The notes beneath the pieces were generated by a model, which worked only from the letters and a program-made list of their open reading frames with translations, searched no databases and was not told the origin of the DNA. Shown here in pieces: positions 39,422 to 48,640 of a stretch of 64,000 bases of DNA; within the stretch, counting starts at the first letter, position 1; the number at the start of each line of letters is the position of its first letter. Source of the DNA: Bifidobacteriaceae bacterium (GTDB lineage Bacteria > Actinomycetota > Actinomycetes > Actinomycetales > WQXJ01); contig JAIRXP010000004.1 in NCBI GenBank assembly GCA_031268215.1, positions 458-64,457 of the forward strand, read 5' to 3'. The position numbers and the translations under genes are program-made.

Positions 39422-40051
39422 TTACATTGGCATCCGACAGAAGAACTGGGCCGCTTCCCCTTTGGGAGTGTCAATCTTGAAGATAGCGGTTCGGTTGACC
39501 CAAATCGCTCCGGTGTCTTCCCCGGCCGGCGGCGGGCAATTCTTCGACGCCAGATCAGAGTCTGGCCCAGGCCATCCCTCAGGTCCGCCAAGAGATTCAA
39601 AGGCTTCCGCGGCCGCACTGTCGGAGCGCCACTGGCCAGCCAGGAGCGTGATCTGGTCCACTCCGTCGGAATAGGTCACGGTGTAGGCGTCGAAAGCGCC
39701 CAGCGCTTCCCATTCGGGATTGGCTGCCGTGCCGATCAAAACGTAAGCGCCAACGGTGTCCGGCAGACGGTCATAGAAAGCCGTTCCCTGCTCGCGTGGC
39801 GAAGGCGAAATGGAGGGCACCGGCGAGGAGGCTTCAACCGTCACGGTCCGGGTTGGCAACGGCCCGCTGGCCAAGTTCTTCTCCCGCACTACGAAGAAGT
39901 ACAGCAATGCGGCCGCCACCATCATCGCCACGGCTAAGAGCGAAGCCCACAACCAAGTCCTTGATGGGGGAGTATCTTCCACGGAGTGGCGGGCCGTGGA
40001 TTCCTCATCGCGCATCTGGGTAACCTTCCCTCTCAGAGCCGTCCAGTTCAC
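39422..40051 (-). CDS. Hypothetical single-pass membrane protein
   Basis: One TM segment (WLWASLLAVAMMVAAALLYFFVV), a Pro/Ser/Thr linker and a ~120-aa extracellular domain with two Cys. Start may be ATG 40015. Confidence 0.7.
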   Translation of the reverse strand: MNWTALRGKVTQMRDEESTARHSVEDTPPSRTWLWASLLAVAMMVAAALLYFFVVREKNLASGPLPTRTVTVEASSPVPSISPSPREQGTAFYDRLPDTVGAYVLIGTAANPEWEALGAFDAYTVTYSDGVDQITLLAGQWRSDSAAAEAFESLGGPEGWPGPDSDLASKNCPPPAGEDTGAIWVNRTAIFKIDTPKGEAAQFFCRMPM

Positions 40052-40388
40052 CTTAGAAGGTGTCTAGCCCCTCGGCGCGCCCGGCGCGCCCAAAGCCGCG
40101 CATTTGGACTGGTCAATAGGTCTGCCAGCGCTGCCCAAGTGCAGGTCAACCCAGGTGCCAAGGCAAACATGGGACCTTTGCACTATCATTACCATTGAGT
40201 TGCCCCGGACCGGTTTGTGGCCCGAGCCGGAGATTCGGGGCACGAATAGGGTTCCCGCCCGGGCTGCGCCGCCCGGCCGGACCGGAAGCGGCAGCAAGCG
40301 CTATCGCCCCGGTCCAGGGCGTCGCCAGACACCTGGGCGGGGGGACTATTGCCAAGAATCTTGGGCGAAGGACACTAGGAGAGACCGA

Positions 40389-41795
40389 ATGACCGCCGCA
40401 CTGTCTGACCTGGTCGTGGTGTCGAATCGGCTCCCAGTGGACGTCTCCCCCGGTCCCGATGGCTCGCTGGTTCACGGACGCTCACCTGGCGGTTTAGTGA
40501 CGGCCCTGGAGCCAGTACTGAGCCAGCGTTCTGGTGCGTGGGTAGGCTGGCCAGGAGCACCCGGCCTGACCTTTGACCCGATCAGCCTTGACGGCATCTG
40601 GTCGGTCCCGGTGCCACTGTCTCCCCATGAGATCTCCAACTACTACGAGGGTTTCTCCAACGCCACCCTCTGGCCGTTGTATCACGATGTGATCACCCGG
40701 CCGGAATACCACCGCGAATGGCACGAGGCCTACCGCACCGTCAACGCCAAGTTCGCTGAGGCGGCGGCCGGAGCCGTGGCCAAAGGCGGAACCGTCTGGG
40801 TCCACGATTACCAGCTCCAACTGGTGCCATCAATGGTCAAGCAGCTCCGTCCGGACGTCAAAGTGGGCTTCTTCAACCACATTCCGTTCCCACCGGAAGC
40901 GCTGTTCGCGCAATTGCCTTGGCGGCGAGAAATCTTGATGGGGTTGCTCGGCGCTGACTTGATTGGTTTCCAACGCGCCCAGGACGCCGGCAATTTCCGT
41001 TCCTGCGTCCGCCGCCTGACCGGCCTGACCACCAGGGGTCATCACGTCTTGGTGCGGGAGAGCGACGGCTCCGTCCGGGACGTCATGTGCTCCGCCTTTC
41101 CCATTTCGATCGATTCCGCGGCGGTCGATTCACGCGCCCGCCTCCCCCGCGTCCAGGCCCGGGCCCGCGAGATCCGCTCCGAACTGGGCAACCCGGACCG
41201 CATCCTGTTTGGTGTGGACCGGCTCGACTACACCAAAGGGATCTCCCACCGCCTCAAGGCTTATGAGGAGTTGCTGCGCGAGGGCCGGCTGCACGTGCCA
41301 GGAGTTGTGATGGTGCAGGTAGCGAGCCCGTCACGCGATAACGTTTCGGCTTACCAGTCGCTCCGGGACGATGTCGAAACCACCGTTGGGCGGATCGCCG
41401 GAGACTTCGGGTCGCTTGGTTCGCCCGCCATTCACTATCTGCACCAGAACCAGGATGCCGACGAAATGGCGGCCCTATATCTGGCCGCGGACGTGATGCT
41501 GGTCACCGCCCTACGGGACGGCATGAACCTAGTCGCCAAGGAGTACGTCGCCTCACGAGTAGACGGCCGCGGCGCCCTGGTCCTTTCCGAGTTCACCGGC
41601 GCGGCGGACGAATTGCGCCAAGCGATCCTGGTCAACCCGCATGACATTGATGGCCTGAAGGGCTCCATACTCCGCGCCGTCGCCATGAACCCCAAGGAAC
41701 AACGCCGACGCATGCAGGCCCTGCGGCGCCGGGTGATCGAGAACGACGTGTCCGCCTGGGCAACCTCGTTCCTGGGCGCACTGGCGGACCGGTGA
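40389..41795 (+). CDS. otsA: Trehalose-6-phosphate synthase
   Basis: [46 protein letters not shown] and [10 protein letters not shown] motifs. AGGAG RBS before ATG 40389. Confidence 0.96.
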   Translation: MTAALSDLVVVSNRLPVDVSPGPDGSLVHGRSPGGLVTALEPVLSQRSGAWVGWPGAPGLTFDPISLDGIWSVPVPLSPHEISNYYEGFSNATLWPLYHDVITRPEYHREWHEAYRTVNAKFAEAAAGAVAKGGTVWVHDYQLQLVPSMVKQLRPDVKVGFFNHIPFPPEALFAQLPWRREILMGLLGADLIGFQRAQDAGNFRSCVRRLTGLTTRGHHVLVRESDGSVRDVMCSAFPISIDSAAVDSRARLPRVQARAREIRSELGNPDRILFGVDRLDYTKGISHRLKAYEELLREGRLHVPGVVMVQVASPSRDNVSAYQSLRDDVETTVGRIAGDFGSLGSPAIHYLHQNQDADEMAALYLAADVMLVTALRDGMNLVAKEYVASRVDGRGALVLSEFTGAADELRQAILVNPHDIDGLKGSILRAVAMNPKEQRRRMQALRRRVIENDVSAWATSFLGALADR

Positions 41796-42598
41796 CTGCC
41801 AAGCCCGCCACTGGGGCGGCTGAACCTGGCGGGACCGGGTGGGAAGACGGCATCGGGCGCCTGGTAGCGGCCCGGAAACTGCTGGTGGCCCTGGACTTTG
41901 ACGGCACCCTGGCGCCCTTGGTGGACAACCCCGAGGATTCGCGGCCCGTCCCCGGGGCGCGGACGGCGCTCGCCCGGCTGGCGCGCGTTGACCGTGTGCA
42001 GCTAGCGCTGGTTTCCGGGCGCCCAGCGGCGGACCTCGCCCGCCTGGCCTCCCCGCCGGACGGGACTTGGCTGGCCGGGTCGCACGGCGCCGAGCAGGGC
42101 CGGATGTCTGGTGCCGCGGCTGTCCTTGAACCGGTCGAACTGACCGCCGCCCAGTCGCGCGAACTGGACGCCATCCGGGCCGGCCTGGAAGACTTGGCCG
42201 CCGCCGGCCCCGGCGCCTGGATTGAATCCAAGCCGCTGGCCGCCGTTTTCCATACCCGCCCCATGGCAGACCGTGCCGCCGCCAGCCATCTGGAGGAGCA
42301 GGCCGCTGGCCTGGGTGAAGCACTGGGCGGCCATGTGCTAGCGGGCAAGATGGTAGTTGAGATATCCATCCTGCCGGCTGGTAAAGCCGCCGCCTTGACT
42401 CGCCTCAGACATGCCGCCGGTGCCGACCGGCTGGTTTTCGCTGGTGATGACACCACCGATGAACTCGCCCTGGACACCATTCATCCCCCTGACCTGGGTA
42501 TCAAGGTTGGGCCCGGCGCAACGACCGCCGAATTGCGTCTGCCGGACCCGTTGGCGGTGGCGGCCTTCTTGCACGCCCTGGCGGACGCACTCGTTTGA
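41792..42598 (+). CDS. otsB: Trehalose-6-phosphate phosphatase
   Basis: [19 protein letters not shown] and GDDTTDE motifs; GTGA coupling with otsA. Confidence 0.94.
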   Translation: MTAKPATGAAEPGGTGWEDGIGRLVAARKLLVALDFDGTLAPLVDNPEDSRPVPGARTALARLARVDRVQLALVSGRPAADLARLASPPDGTWLAGSHGAEQGRMSGAAAVLEPVELTAAQSRELDAIRAGLEDLAAAGPGAWIESKPLAAVFHTRPMADRAAASHLEEQAAGLGEALGGHVLAGKMVVEISILPAGKAAALTRLRHAAGADRLVFAGDDTTDELALDTIHPPDLGIKVGPGATTAELRLPDPLAVAAFLHALADALV

Positions 42599-42751
42599 GC
42601 CTTTCCCGGCGGCAGCGCCGGGTGGTCTTCGCATTTTGACCGTTCTTAGGGCCGCTGGTAAGTTGAGCACGCTAGTGGTCTACCCCCTTGGTGGCCCGCG
42701 CACTAGTTCGACTAAGTCCTACTTAGCCCCACAACCCGAAAAGGTAAGACT

Positions 42752-44671
42752 ATGCCCTCCAACCAGCCCACCATCCACCTGTCCCCTGACACTCAAGCCA
42801 CCACCTGGGTTCCGGCCCGCCGGGGACGCCCCGGCCGGACCAGACGCGCCCTTCTTGGGTTGGTCGCCGGCAGCGTCGCCCTGGCTTTGGCCTTGACCGG
42901 ATTCATCCTCCCGGCCGAGACATCCCACGCTATTGAGCGGCTTGAGGGATCAATCACCGTAACTCCGGCCAGCCCAAAGCCAGGCGAAACCATCACCATC
43001 ACTGACACCACCCCAATCCCCAAGGGCGCCGTCAAAGTGGAACGCAAGTGGTCATTCGAGGTCTATGACCAGACCAAGCTTCCAGGCGACAAGACCGTCC
43101 AAACCAAGTTCGACAAGCCTGGCGTCCGCAGACTGGCGCTCTCCGTCCGGGCTTGGGACGCGGCAGGGGAAGACCGTTGGTTTGACAGCTTAGACATGCG
43201 GATCGTGGTCAGGAACCCGCCGCACCTGACGGTCTACCCGCTACCGGGTACCGCCAACGCCACCGCCAACGAAGTGAAGGTCCAGGTCAAAGCTTGGGGC
43301 ATGTCGGACTGGGAAGAACTGGCCGGCGGAACTGTTCAGATTTCCACTGCCAAGTCCTCAACAACCGTCACCACAGACCAGAAGGGCGTGGCGGAAGCAA
43401 TCGTTCCCAGAAACGCCGGCCCCGTGACCGCCCGTCTGACGGGATCCAAAGACGGTTCGCATAACGCCTTCGGCACCATTGAGGCAACAAATGATCTGTC
43501 AAAGACCGGCCAACCGGCTAAGGACGTACTGTTTGTCGCCGATGACAACGGGCCTCTTGACGAGGCGGTAACAAAGAACCTTGGTTCGCTAGCGCAGAGC
43601 CTCCTCGCGCAGGGCGATTCCCAGATTGGGCTGACCGCCTATTCCTCGTCTTACACGTCCTATTACGAGCCCCACACTCTGATGCCCATGACCGATTCGG
43701 CGAAAGACTTCACAGCCGCCCTAGCAACTCTAGACAACCGCGGCGGCGCTGGCTACGCGTGGGACACCATCGCCTACGGCCTCAGTTCCAAGACCGGTTT
43801 CCGTCCCGGGGCCGACCGTTGCCTGGTTCTGATCAGCAGTAGCGTGATCCAGAAGAACACCCGACCCGACGGTGTGACACGGGAAGCGGCCGTCAAGCTG
43901 GTGAGAGACTCCAACACCACAGTTTTCGGCATATTCCTAACAGGGGACTGGAGAAATGACTTCCAGGATCTGGCAACAGATAGCGGCGGAGCCTACTTCA
44001 GCTTTGATGACTTCGCGGCTGATCCCCAACCTGTCCTAGAGGCCCTCACGAACGGCTGTTCCGCCACCGCCAGCAACCGGCCCAGCCTGTCCATCTCAAT
44101 GAATGGCGGCGGTGCCGACAGCAACAGTCACGCCCCGATTAACGAATCCCGGCCAAATGCCGTCTCGGTCACCAACAAGTGGGTCAACCCCGTCACCGGT
44201 GTAGTAACCACATCCGAGATCAAGGGACCGGCCACCGTTAGCGACATTTCCGACGGCGGCACCGCCGAACCCATTGACGGCGGCGTCCGAGTCACCTGGC
44301 CTAAGGCCTCACTGGAAGGCTCCGGCATAATCTGGTACGAGTTTACGTGGGCACCCCAAGCGGGAGCAGCCATAGGTGACACGGTGGAGATCACCTCTTA
44401 CGTCCAGGATGACGGCAAGAACGGAGAGGAACTAACGCCTAACGACAATTCGTTCAAGCAGAGCTTCACCTTTAGTGCTGCTAGGGACAAGTCAAAGACA
44501 GGCGAACCCGGTCAGACCACCGACAGCTCAACCAAACCATGGTGGGTCTTCGCCATTGGCCTGCTGGCGGTCATCGCCGTGGTCGGCATCGTGATCCTCT
44601 TGTTGACCCGGCGCCGCAAGACCAAAGAAGACGAACCCGGACTAGCTGAAACCCAGCAGCTAACACCTTAG
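42752..44671 (+). CDS. Secreted, C-terminally membrane-anchored surface protein with Ig/PKD-like and vWA-like domains
   Basis: Signal peptide (RRALLGLVAG...AETSHA); beta-rich PKD-like N-domain; vWA-like core (DVLFVADD, IGLTAY, FRPGADRCLVLIS, LATDSGGAYF); DUF11-like beta domain; TM segment plus RRRK. Confidence 0.7.
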   Translation: MPSNQPTIHLSPDTQATTWVPARRGRPGRTRRALLGLVAGSVALALALTGFILPAETSHAIERLEGSITVTPASPKPGETITITDTTPIPKGAVKVERKWSFEVYDQTKLPGDKTVQTKFDKPGVRRLALSVRAWDAAGEDRWFDSLDMRIVVRNPPHLTVYPLPGTANATANEVKVQVKAWGMSDWEELAGGTVQISTAKSSTTVTTDQKGVAEAIVPRNAGPVTARLTGSKDGSHNAFGTIEATNDLSKTGQPAKDVLFVADDNGPLDEAVTKNLGSLAQSLLAQGDSQIGLTAYSSSYTSYYEPHTLMPMTDSAKDFTAALATLDNRGGAGYAWDTIAYGLSSKTGFRPGADRCLVLISSSVIQKNTRPDGVTREAAVKLVRDSNTTVFGIFLTGDWRNDFQDLATDSGGAYFSFDDFAADPQPVLEALTNGCSATASNRPSLSISMNGGGADSNSHAPINESRPNAVSVTNKWVNPVTGVVTTSEIKGPATVSDISDGGTAEPIDGGVRVTWPKASLEGSGIIWYEFTWAPQAGAAIGDTVEITSYVQDDGKNGEELTPNDNSFKQSFTFSAARDKSKTGEPGQTTDSSTKPWWVFAIGLLAVIAVVGIVILLLTRRRKTKEDEPGLAETQQLTP

Positions 44672-44697
44672 GAAGCTGGCGTCCGCACCACCGTGCG

Positions 44698-44776
44698 TAG
44701 GAGCCTGTTGGACAACAGGCTCCCTAGCAGCCCCGCAAAATCTTCGGCCTGCGGCCGAATCTCTTGCGGGGGCCCC
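44698..44776. repeat. Two adjacent hairpins: GGAGCCTGTT inverted repeat and a 47-nt dispersed hairpin repeat (copy A)
   Basis: TAGGAGCCTGTT-GGAC-AACAGGCTCCCTAG. 44730-44776 matches the reverse complement of 53380-53426 at 34/47 positions without gaps. Confidence 0.65.
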
Positions 44777-44825
44777 AGTATGAAAAACTCGGCTCATTCG
44801 TCAAGGTTCTGTTCACCTAGTAGAG

Positions 44826-45758
44826 CTAGAGCGCCCGGATCTCCCAGGTCGCCTGGTGGGTCTGGCCGGGCTCGAGCCAGATCAAGTCTTCGTGACTGTT
44901 GAACGCGTTGGGCGGGCAAGTCACTGGTTCAACTGCCAAACCCAGGCGGTCGTCATCGGCCAAGTGGTCGGCAGTATGGACATGAACCCACGGGCAGGAC
45001 CGTCCCCAAGCCATGGCGACGCCAGTGCCAGAAGGGTCCTTCAACACGGCGGTCGCATGGCCGGATCCATCCCAGACCAGGTCGCTGAAGGCATTGTCGA
45101 TCTTGGAATCGCCAAGGGGCCGGCCGGCCAGGAAGTCAAGGCTTCCCCCGGCGGCGGGCCGCTGTTCTCCCGGCAGAAGCCTGTCCCCTACCGTCTCAAC
45201 AAAGCTCTGGGCGGGCAGAGTCAGTTCCCATTCATCGAGCCGCGATGGCCCAGCCACCAGATAGGGATGCACGCCGGTACCGTAGGGAGCGGTTGTGGAA
45301 CCAACGTTGATGACTGAGACCTGCCAGGTTAGGCCTGTCAGGGTGTCCAGACGGTAACCCACTTCAATGGCCAGGCGGCAGGGGTAGCCTTCTTGCGCCT
45401 CAATTACTTGCATCATGGACACAGCGCTGGCGGAAGAGGAAGCGGCGGCGAAATCGAGCCACAGGGCCAGGCCGTCCCGCGCATGCCCATGAGCGGATTC
45501 GTTCAACGGCAGGCGTTGAACCGAATCCGACAGGACGTACCGGCCGTCAACTACACGGCCCGGCCAGGGGGCCAGCACCGCTCCGCGGAAGGACGGCCTG
45601 ACCCTGTCCGCGGCGAATGGCACTATCAAGTCGCGGCCGTCGTACTGGAGCTTGCGGAGCGACGCGCCAACAGACGCGATGACGGCACGGTAGGGGCCGG
45701 CCCCAATGACGATCTGGTTGCCGCTGGCTGGACGGGGCATCGAAGGGCTCGGGTTCAC
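44826..45758 (-). CDS. Aldose 1-epimerase (mutarotase) family protein
   Basis: GAVLAPWPGRV.DGRY, GYP, GVHPYL, IDNAF and LAVEP.TCPPNAF motifs. The usual HG motif reads RDG. Confidence 0.85.
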   Translation of the reverse strand: MNPSPSMPRPASGNQIVIGAGPYRAVIASVGASLRKLQYDGRDLIVPFAADRVRPSFRGAVLAPWPGRVVDGRYVLSDSVQRLPLNESAHGHARDGLALWLDFAAASSSASAVSMMQVIEAQEGYPCRLAIEVGYRLDTLTGLTWQVSVINVGSTTAPYGTGVHPYLVAGPSRLDEWELTLPAQSFVETVGDRLLPGEQRPAAGGSLDFLAGRPLGDSKIDNAFSDLVWDGSGHATAVLKDPSGTGVAMAWGRSCPWVHVHTADHLADDDRLGLAVEPVTCPPNAFNSHEDLIWLEPGQTHQATWEIRAL

Positions 45759-46002
45759 CCGCCCATTGTTGCGCCCCGGGGGCCATGGGCGCACGCGCCG
45801 CCATGCTCCTGCCGGAGGATTTGCCTAATCTGGGGCAAAATTGGGATTTTGCGTGGGTATTGTTACACCGATTTGACCTGTTTGAGGTCTCAAATCCTGA
45901 CATCTGGCCTTCAACCCGGCACCCGGGCAAGACCATGTGGCACCATGGAAAACGTGCTCAACGGCTGAGCGTGTGCCTTCCGGGTCTGGAACGCCAGGCA
46001 GG

Positions 46003-46063
46003 CGCCTTTCACAACGGATCGTCCGGCACGTACCTGCCGGTGAAGGGAAGTAGTTGTTATGGC
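46003..46063 (+). ncRNA. msiK RNA motif (cis-regulatory leader of msiK)
   Basis: CCTTTCACAACGGATCGTCCGGCACGTACCTGCCGGTGAAGGG immediately before the msiK ATG. Matches the actinobacterial msiK motif; the outer stem includes the RBS. Confidence 0.85.
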
Positions 46064-47174
46064 AACCGTAACTTTCGATGGGGCTACCCGGATCTACCCG
46101 GGGAACGACAAGCCCTCGGTTGACCACCTTGACCTCCACATTGAAGACGGCGAGTTCCTTGTTCTAGTCGGCCCGTCCGGCTGCGGCAAGTCGACATCGC
46201 TGCGCATGCTGGCGGGCTTAGAGGAGGTCAACGACGGCCGGATTCTGATCGGTGACCGCGACGTCACCGATGTCCAGCCGAAGGACCGGGACATCGCCAT
46301 GGTGTTCCAGAACTATGCCTTGTATCCCCACATGACCGTGGCGGACAACATGGGCTTCGCGCTGAAGATCGCCGGCATGCCGAAAGACGAGATCCGCCAG
46401 CGGGTCCAAGAGGCCGCCGAGATCCTCGACCTTGGGGAGTACTTGTCGCGCAAGCCAAAGGCCCTGTCCGGCGGCCAGCGCCAACGTGTGGCGATGGGAC
46501 GGGCGATCGTCCGCCAGCCCCGCGTGTTCCTGATGGATGAACCACTGTCCAACCTTGATGCGAAACTGCGCGTTTCGACCCGCACTCAGATCGCTTCACT
46601 GCAACGGCGTCTTGGTGTAACCACCGTCTACGTCACGCATGATCAAACCGAGGCGCTGACCATGGGAGATCGGATCGCCGTCCTCAAAGACGGCCTGCTG
46701 CAGCAAGTCGGCTCGCCGTTGGTGCTGTACGACAAGCCAGCCAACGCCTTCGTGGCCACGTTCATTGGCTCACCGGCCATGAACATTGGGACCTTCCCGG
46801 TCAAAGATGGTGCTGTGCTGATTGGCGAGGCCTCGGTACCCTTGACCCGCGAGGTCCTGGATGCCATGGTCCCGGAGGATGAAGACCAGCTAACGGTCGG
46901 TTTCCGGCCAGAGAACCTTGACCTGACCACGGCTGAGACGCCCGGTGCTATCCCGGTAGAGATCGACATTGTTGAAGAACTCGGGTCGGACGCCTACGCC
47001 TATGGCACTCTCAAAGGTTCGGCGGAGCAGGCCAGCACGCTGCAAGGCGGTTCGTTGATCGCTCGGGTTGATCCCCGGTCGGTGCCGCGCAAGGGAGAGA
47101 CCGTCTACCTGTCCATCCGCCCCGGTGAGCAGCACAACTTCTCCGCGTCAACCGGCGAGCGTATGCCGGATTGA
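46059..47174 (+). CDS. msiK: Multiple-sugar ABC transporter ATPase MsiK
   Basis: GPSGCGKST, AMVFQNYALYPHM, LSGGQRQRVAMGR and DEPLSNLDAKLR motifs; orphan ATPase preceded by the msiK RNA. Confidence 0.92.
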   Translation: MATVTFDGATRIYPGNDKPSVDHLDLHIEDGEFLVLVGPSGCGKSTSLRMLAGLEEVNDGRILIGDRDVTDVQPKDRDIAMVFQNYALYPHMTVADNMGFALKIAGMPKDEIRQRVQEAAEILDLGEYLSRKPKALSGGQRQRVAMGRAIVRQPRVFLMDEPLSNLDAKLRVSTRTQIASLQRRLGVTTVYVTHDQTEALTMGDRIAVLKDGLLQQVGSPLVLYDKPANAFVATFIGSPAMNIGTFPVKDGAVLIGEASVPLTREVLDAMVPEDEDQLTVGFRPENLDLTTAETPGAIPVEIDIVEELGSDAYAYGTLKGSAEQASTLQGGSLIARVDPRSVPRKGETVYLSIRPGEQHNFSASTGERMPD

Positions 47175-47205
47175 GATTTCTCCCGGCCCCGCCGGCCGGG
47201 AGAAT
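47174..47205 (+). terminator. Hairpin immediately after msiK
   Basis: TTCTCCCGGCC-N-GGCCGGGAGAA inverted repeat. Confidence 0.5.
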
Positions 47206-47322
47206 CGTGGACCGCCGTCTTGGGGGCATTTACAGGGCGGCGGTCCGCCCGTTTTCGGTGGCCGATGACGTCCGGCCGGCCGAGGTGGCCCTGGTTACCC
47301 TGGTCTGGCCCAGCCGTCAGGC

Positions 47323-48600
47323 ATGAAAGTGAGTAGTACAAATATGGCCCAGGGCCTGACCATCACGGCGGTAACGCCCGATTCGGCGCTGTTCGACTTG
47401 CCTTGGCACTTGCCGCTGGCGAAATGGCCGGATGAAGTCGTGCTGGCCCTGCCTCGCGGCCTGTCCCGCCACGTGGTCCGGTTTGTACGGCTGTCCGGCT
47501 GCGTTCTGGCTGTCAAAGAGATCGCGTCCTACGCCGCCACCCGCGAGTATGCGCTGTTGAAGGATCTGGCCAACCTGGATGCGCCTTCGGTGGCTCCGGT
47601 GGCGGTGGTGGCCGGGCGGACCACCGCATCCGGCAAGCCGCTGGACGCGGCCCTGCTGACACAGCACCTCCAGTTCTCATTGCCGTACCGCGCGTTGTTC
47701 TCTTACCGACTGCGGCCGGACATGGCGACTCGCTTATTGGATGCTTTGGCGTTGCTGATAGTTCGGATGCATCTGCTGGGCTTCTACTGGGGGGACGTGT
47801 CGCTCTCCAACACTCTGTTCCGCCGGGATGCGAAGGAGTTTTCGGCTTATCTGGTGGACGCGGAGACCTCAGCTTTGTATGAGAAGCTGACGGACGGCCA
47901 GCGAGCCTATGACATTGACTTGGCCCGAACCAATGTGATTGGCGAGTTGATGGACTTAGAGGCCGGGGAAATGCTGGAGGACGAGCTTGACCCGGTGGCG
48001 ATTGGCGATTTCTTGACTGAACGCTATGACCAGCTTTGGCGTGCCTTGACCGAGGAAGAGACCATCTCAGCCGATGCACGCTGGCGGCTGCAGGACCGCA
48101 TTAACCGGCTCAACGATCTGGGTTTCGATGTCGCGGAAATGTCCATGACGACGGACCCAGATGGCACCACTTTGCACATCCGCCCGCAGGTGGTGGACGC
48201 CGGACACCACTCCCGCCGGCTCTTCCGCCTGACCGGTCTGGATGTCCAGGAGAACCAGGCCCGGCGCTTACTCAACGACCTTGACACCTACCGGGTCCAT
48301 TCCGGCCAGGCCGGCACGGACGAGGACTTCGTGGCCCACGACTGGCTGACTCACGTGTTCGAGCCCGCCGTTCGCTCGGTGCCACGCGCCCTGCGCGGCA
48401 AACTCGAATTGCCCCAGATTTACCATGAGATTCTGGAGCACCGCTGGTTCATGTCTCAGCGCGAGTCCCGTTACGTCTCTCTGGAAGAGGCCGTCCAGAG
48501 CTATATCGACAACGTCCTGACCCACCGCCGCGACGAATCAGAACTGATCCTGGCGGACACGCTACAGTTGCCGGCCGTCGATGACGTGCCCATGAGTTAG
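47323..48600 (+). CDS. DUF4032-domain protein kinase-like (Kdo/WaaP-like) protein
   Basis: LPW..PL..W, RGLSRHVVRF, AVKE, WGDVSLSNTLFRRDA, YLVDAET and C-terminal HEILEHRWFMS motifs; conserved msiK neighbour. Confidence 0.85.
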   Translation: MKVSSTNMAQGLTITAVTPDSALFDLPWHLPLAKWPDEVVLALPRGLSRHVVRFVRLSGCVLAVKEIASYAATREYALLKDLANLDAPSVAPVAVVAGRTTASGKPLDAALLTQHLQFSLPYRALFSYRLRPDMATRLLDALALLIVRMHLLGFYWGDVSLSNTLFRRDAKEFSAYLVDAETSALYEKLTDGQRAYDIDLARTNVIGELMDLEAGEMLEDELDPVAIGDFLTERYDQLWRALTEEETISADARWRLQDRINRLNDLGFDVAEMSMTTDPDGTTLHIRPQVVDAGHHSRRLFRLTGLDVQENQARRLLNDLDTYRVHSGQAGTDEDFVAHDWLTHVFEPAVRSVPRALRGKLELPQIYHEILEHRWFMSQRESRYVSLEEAVQSYIDNVLTHRRDESELILADTLQLPAVDDVPMS

Positions 48601-48640
48601 CACCACCGGCCAGGCAATCCGGAGGGCTGGGCGGGGAACC

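Noticed and set aside
40104-40388. 95-aa N-terminal extension of OtsA
   Set aside because: A clear AGGAG RBS precedes ATG 40389 and the extension has no protein-like character.
42660-42730. tRNA-like fragments (TAGTGGTCTA, GTTCGACT) upstream of the surface protein
   Set aside because: Spacing is too short, and no acceptor or anticodon stems can be formed.
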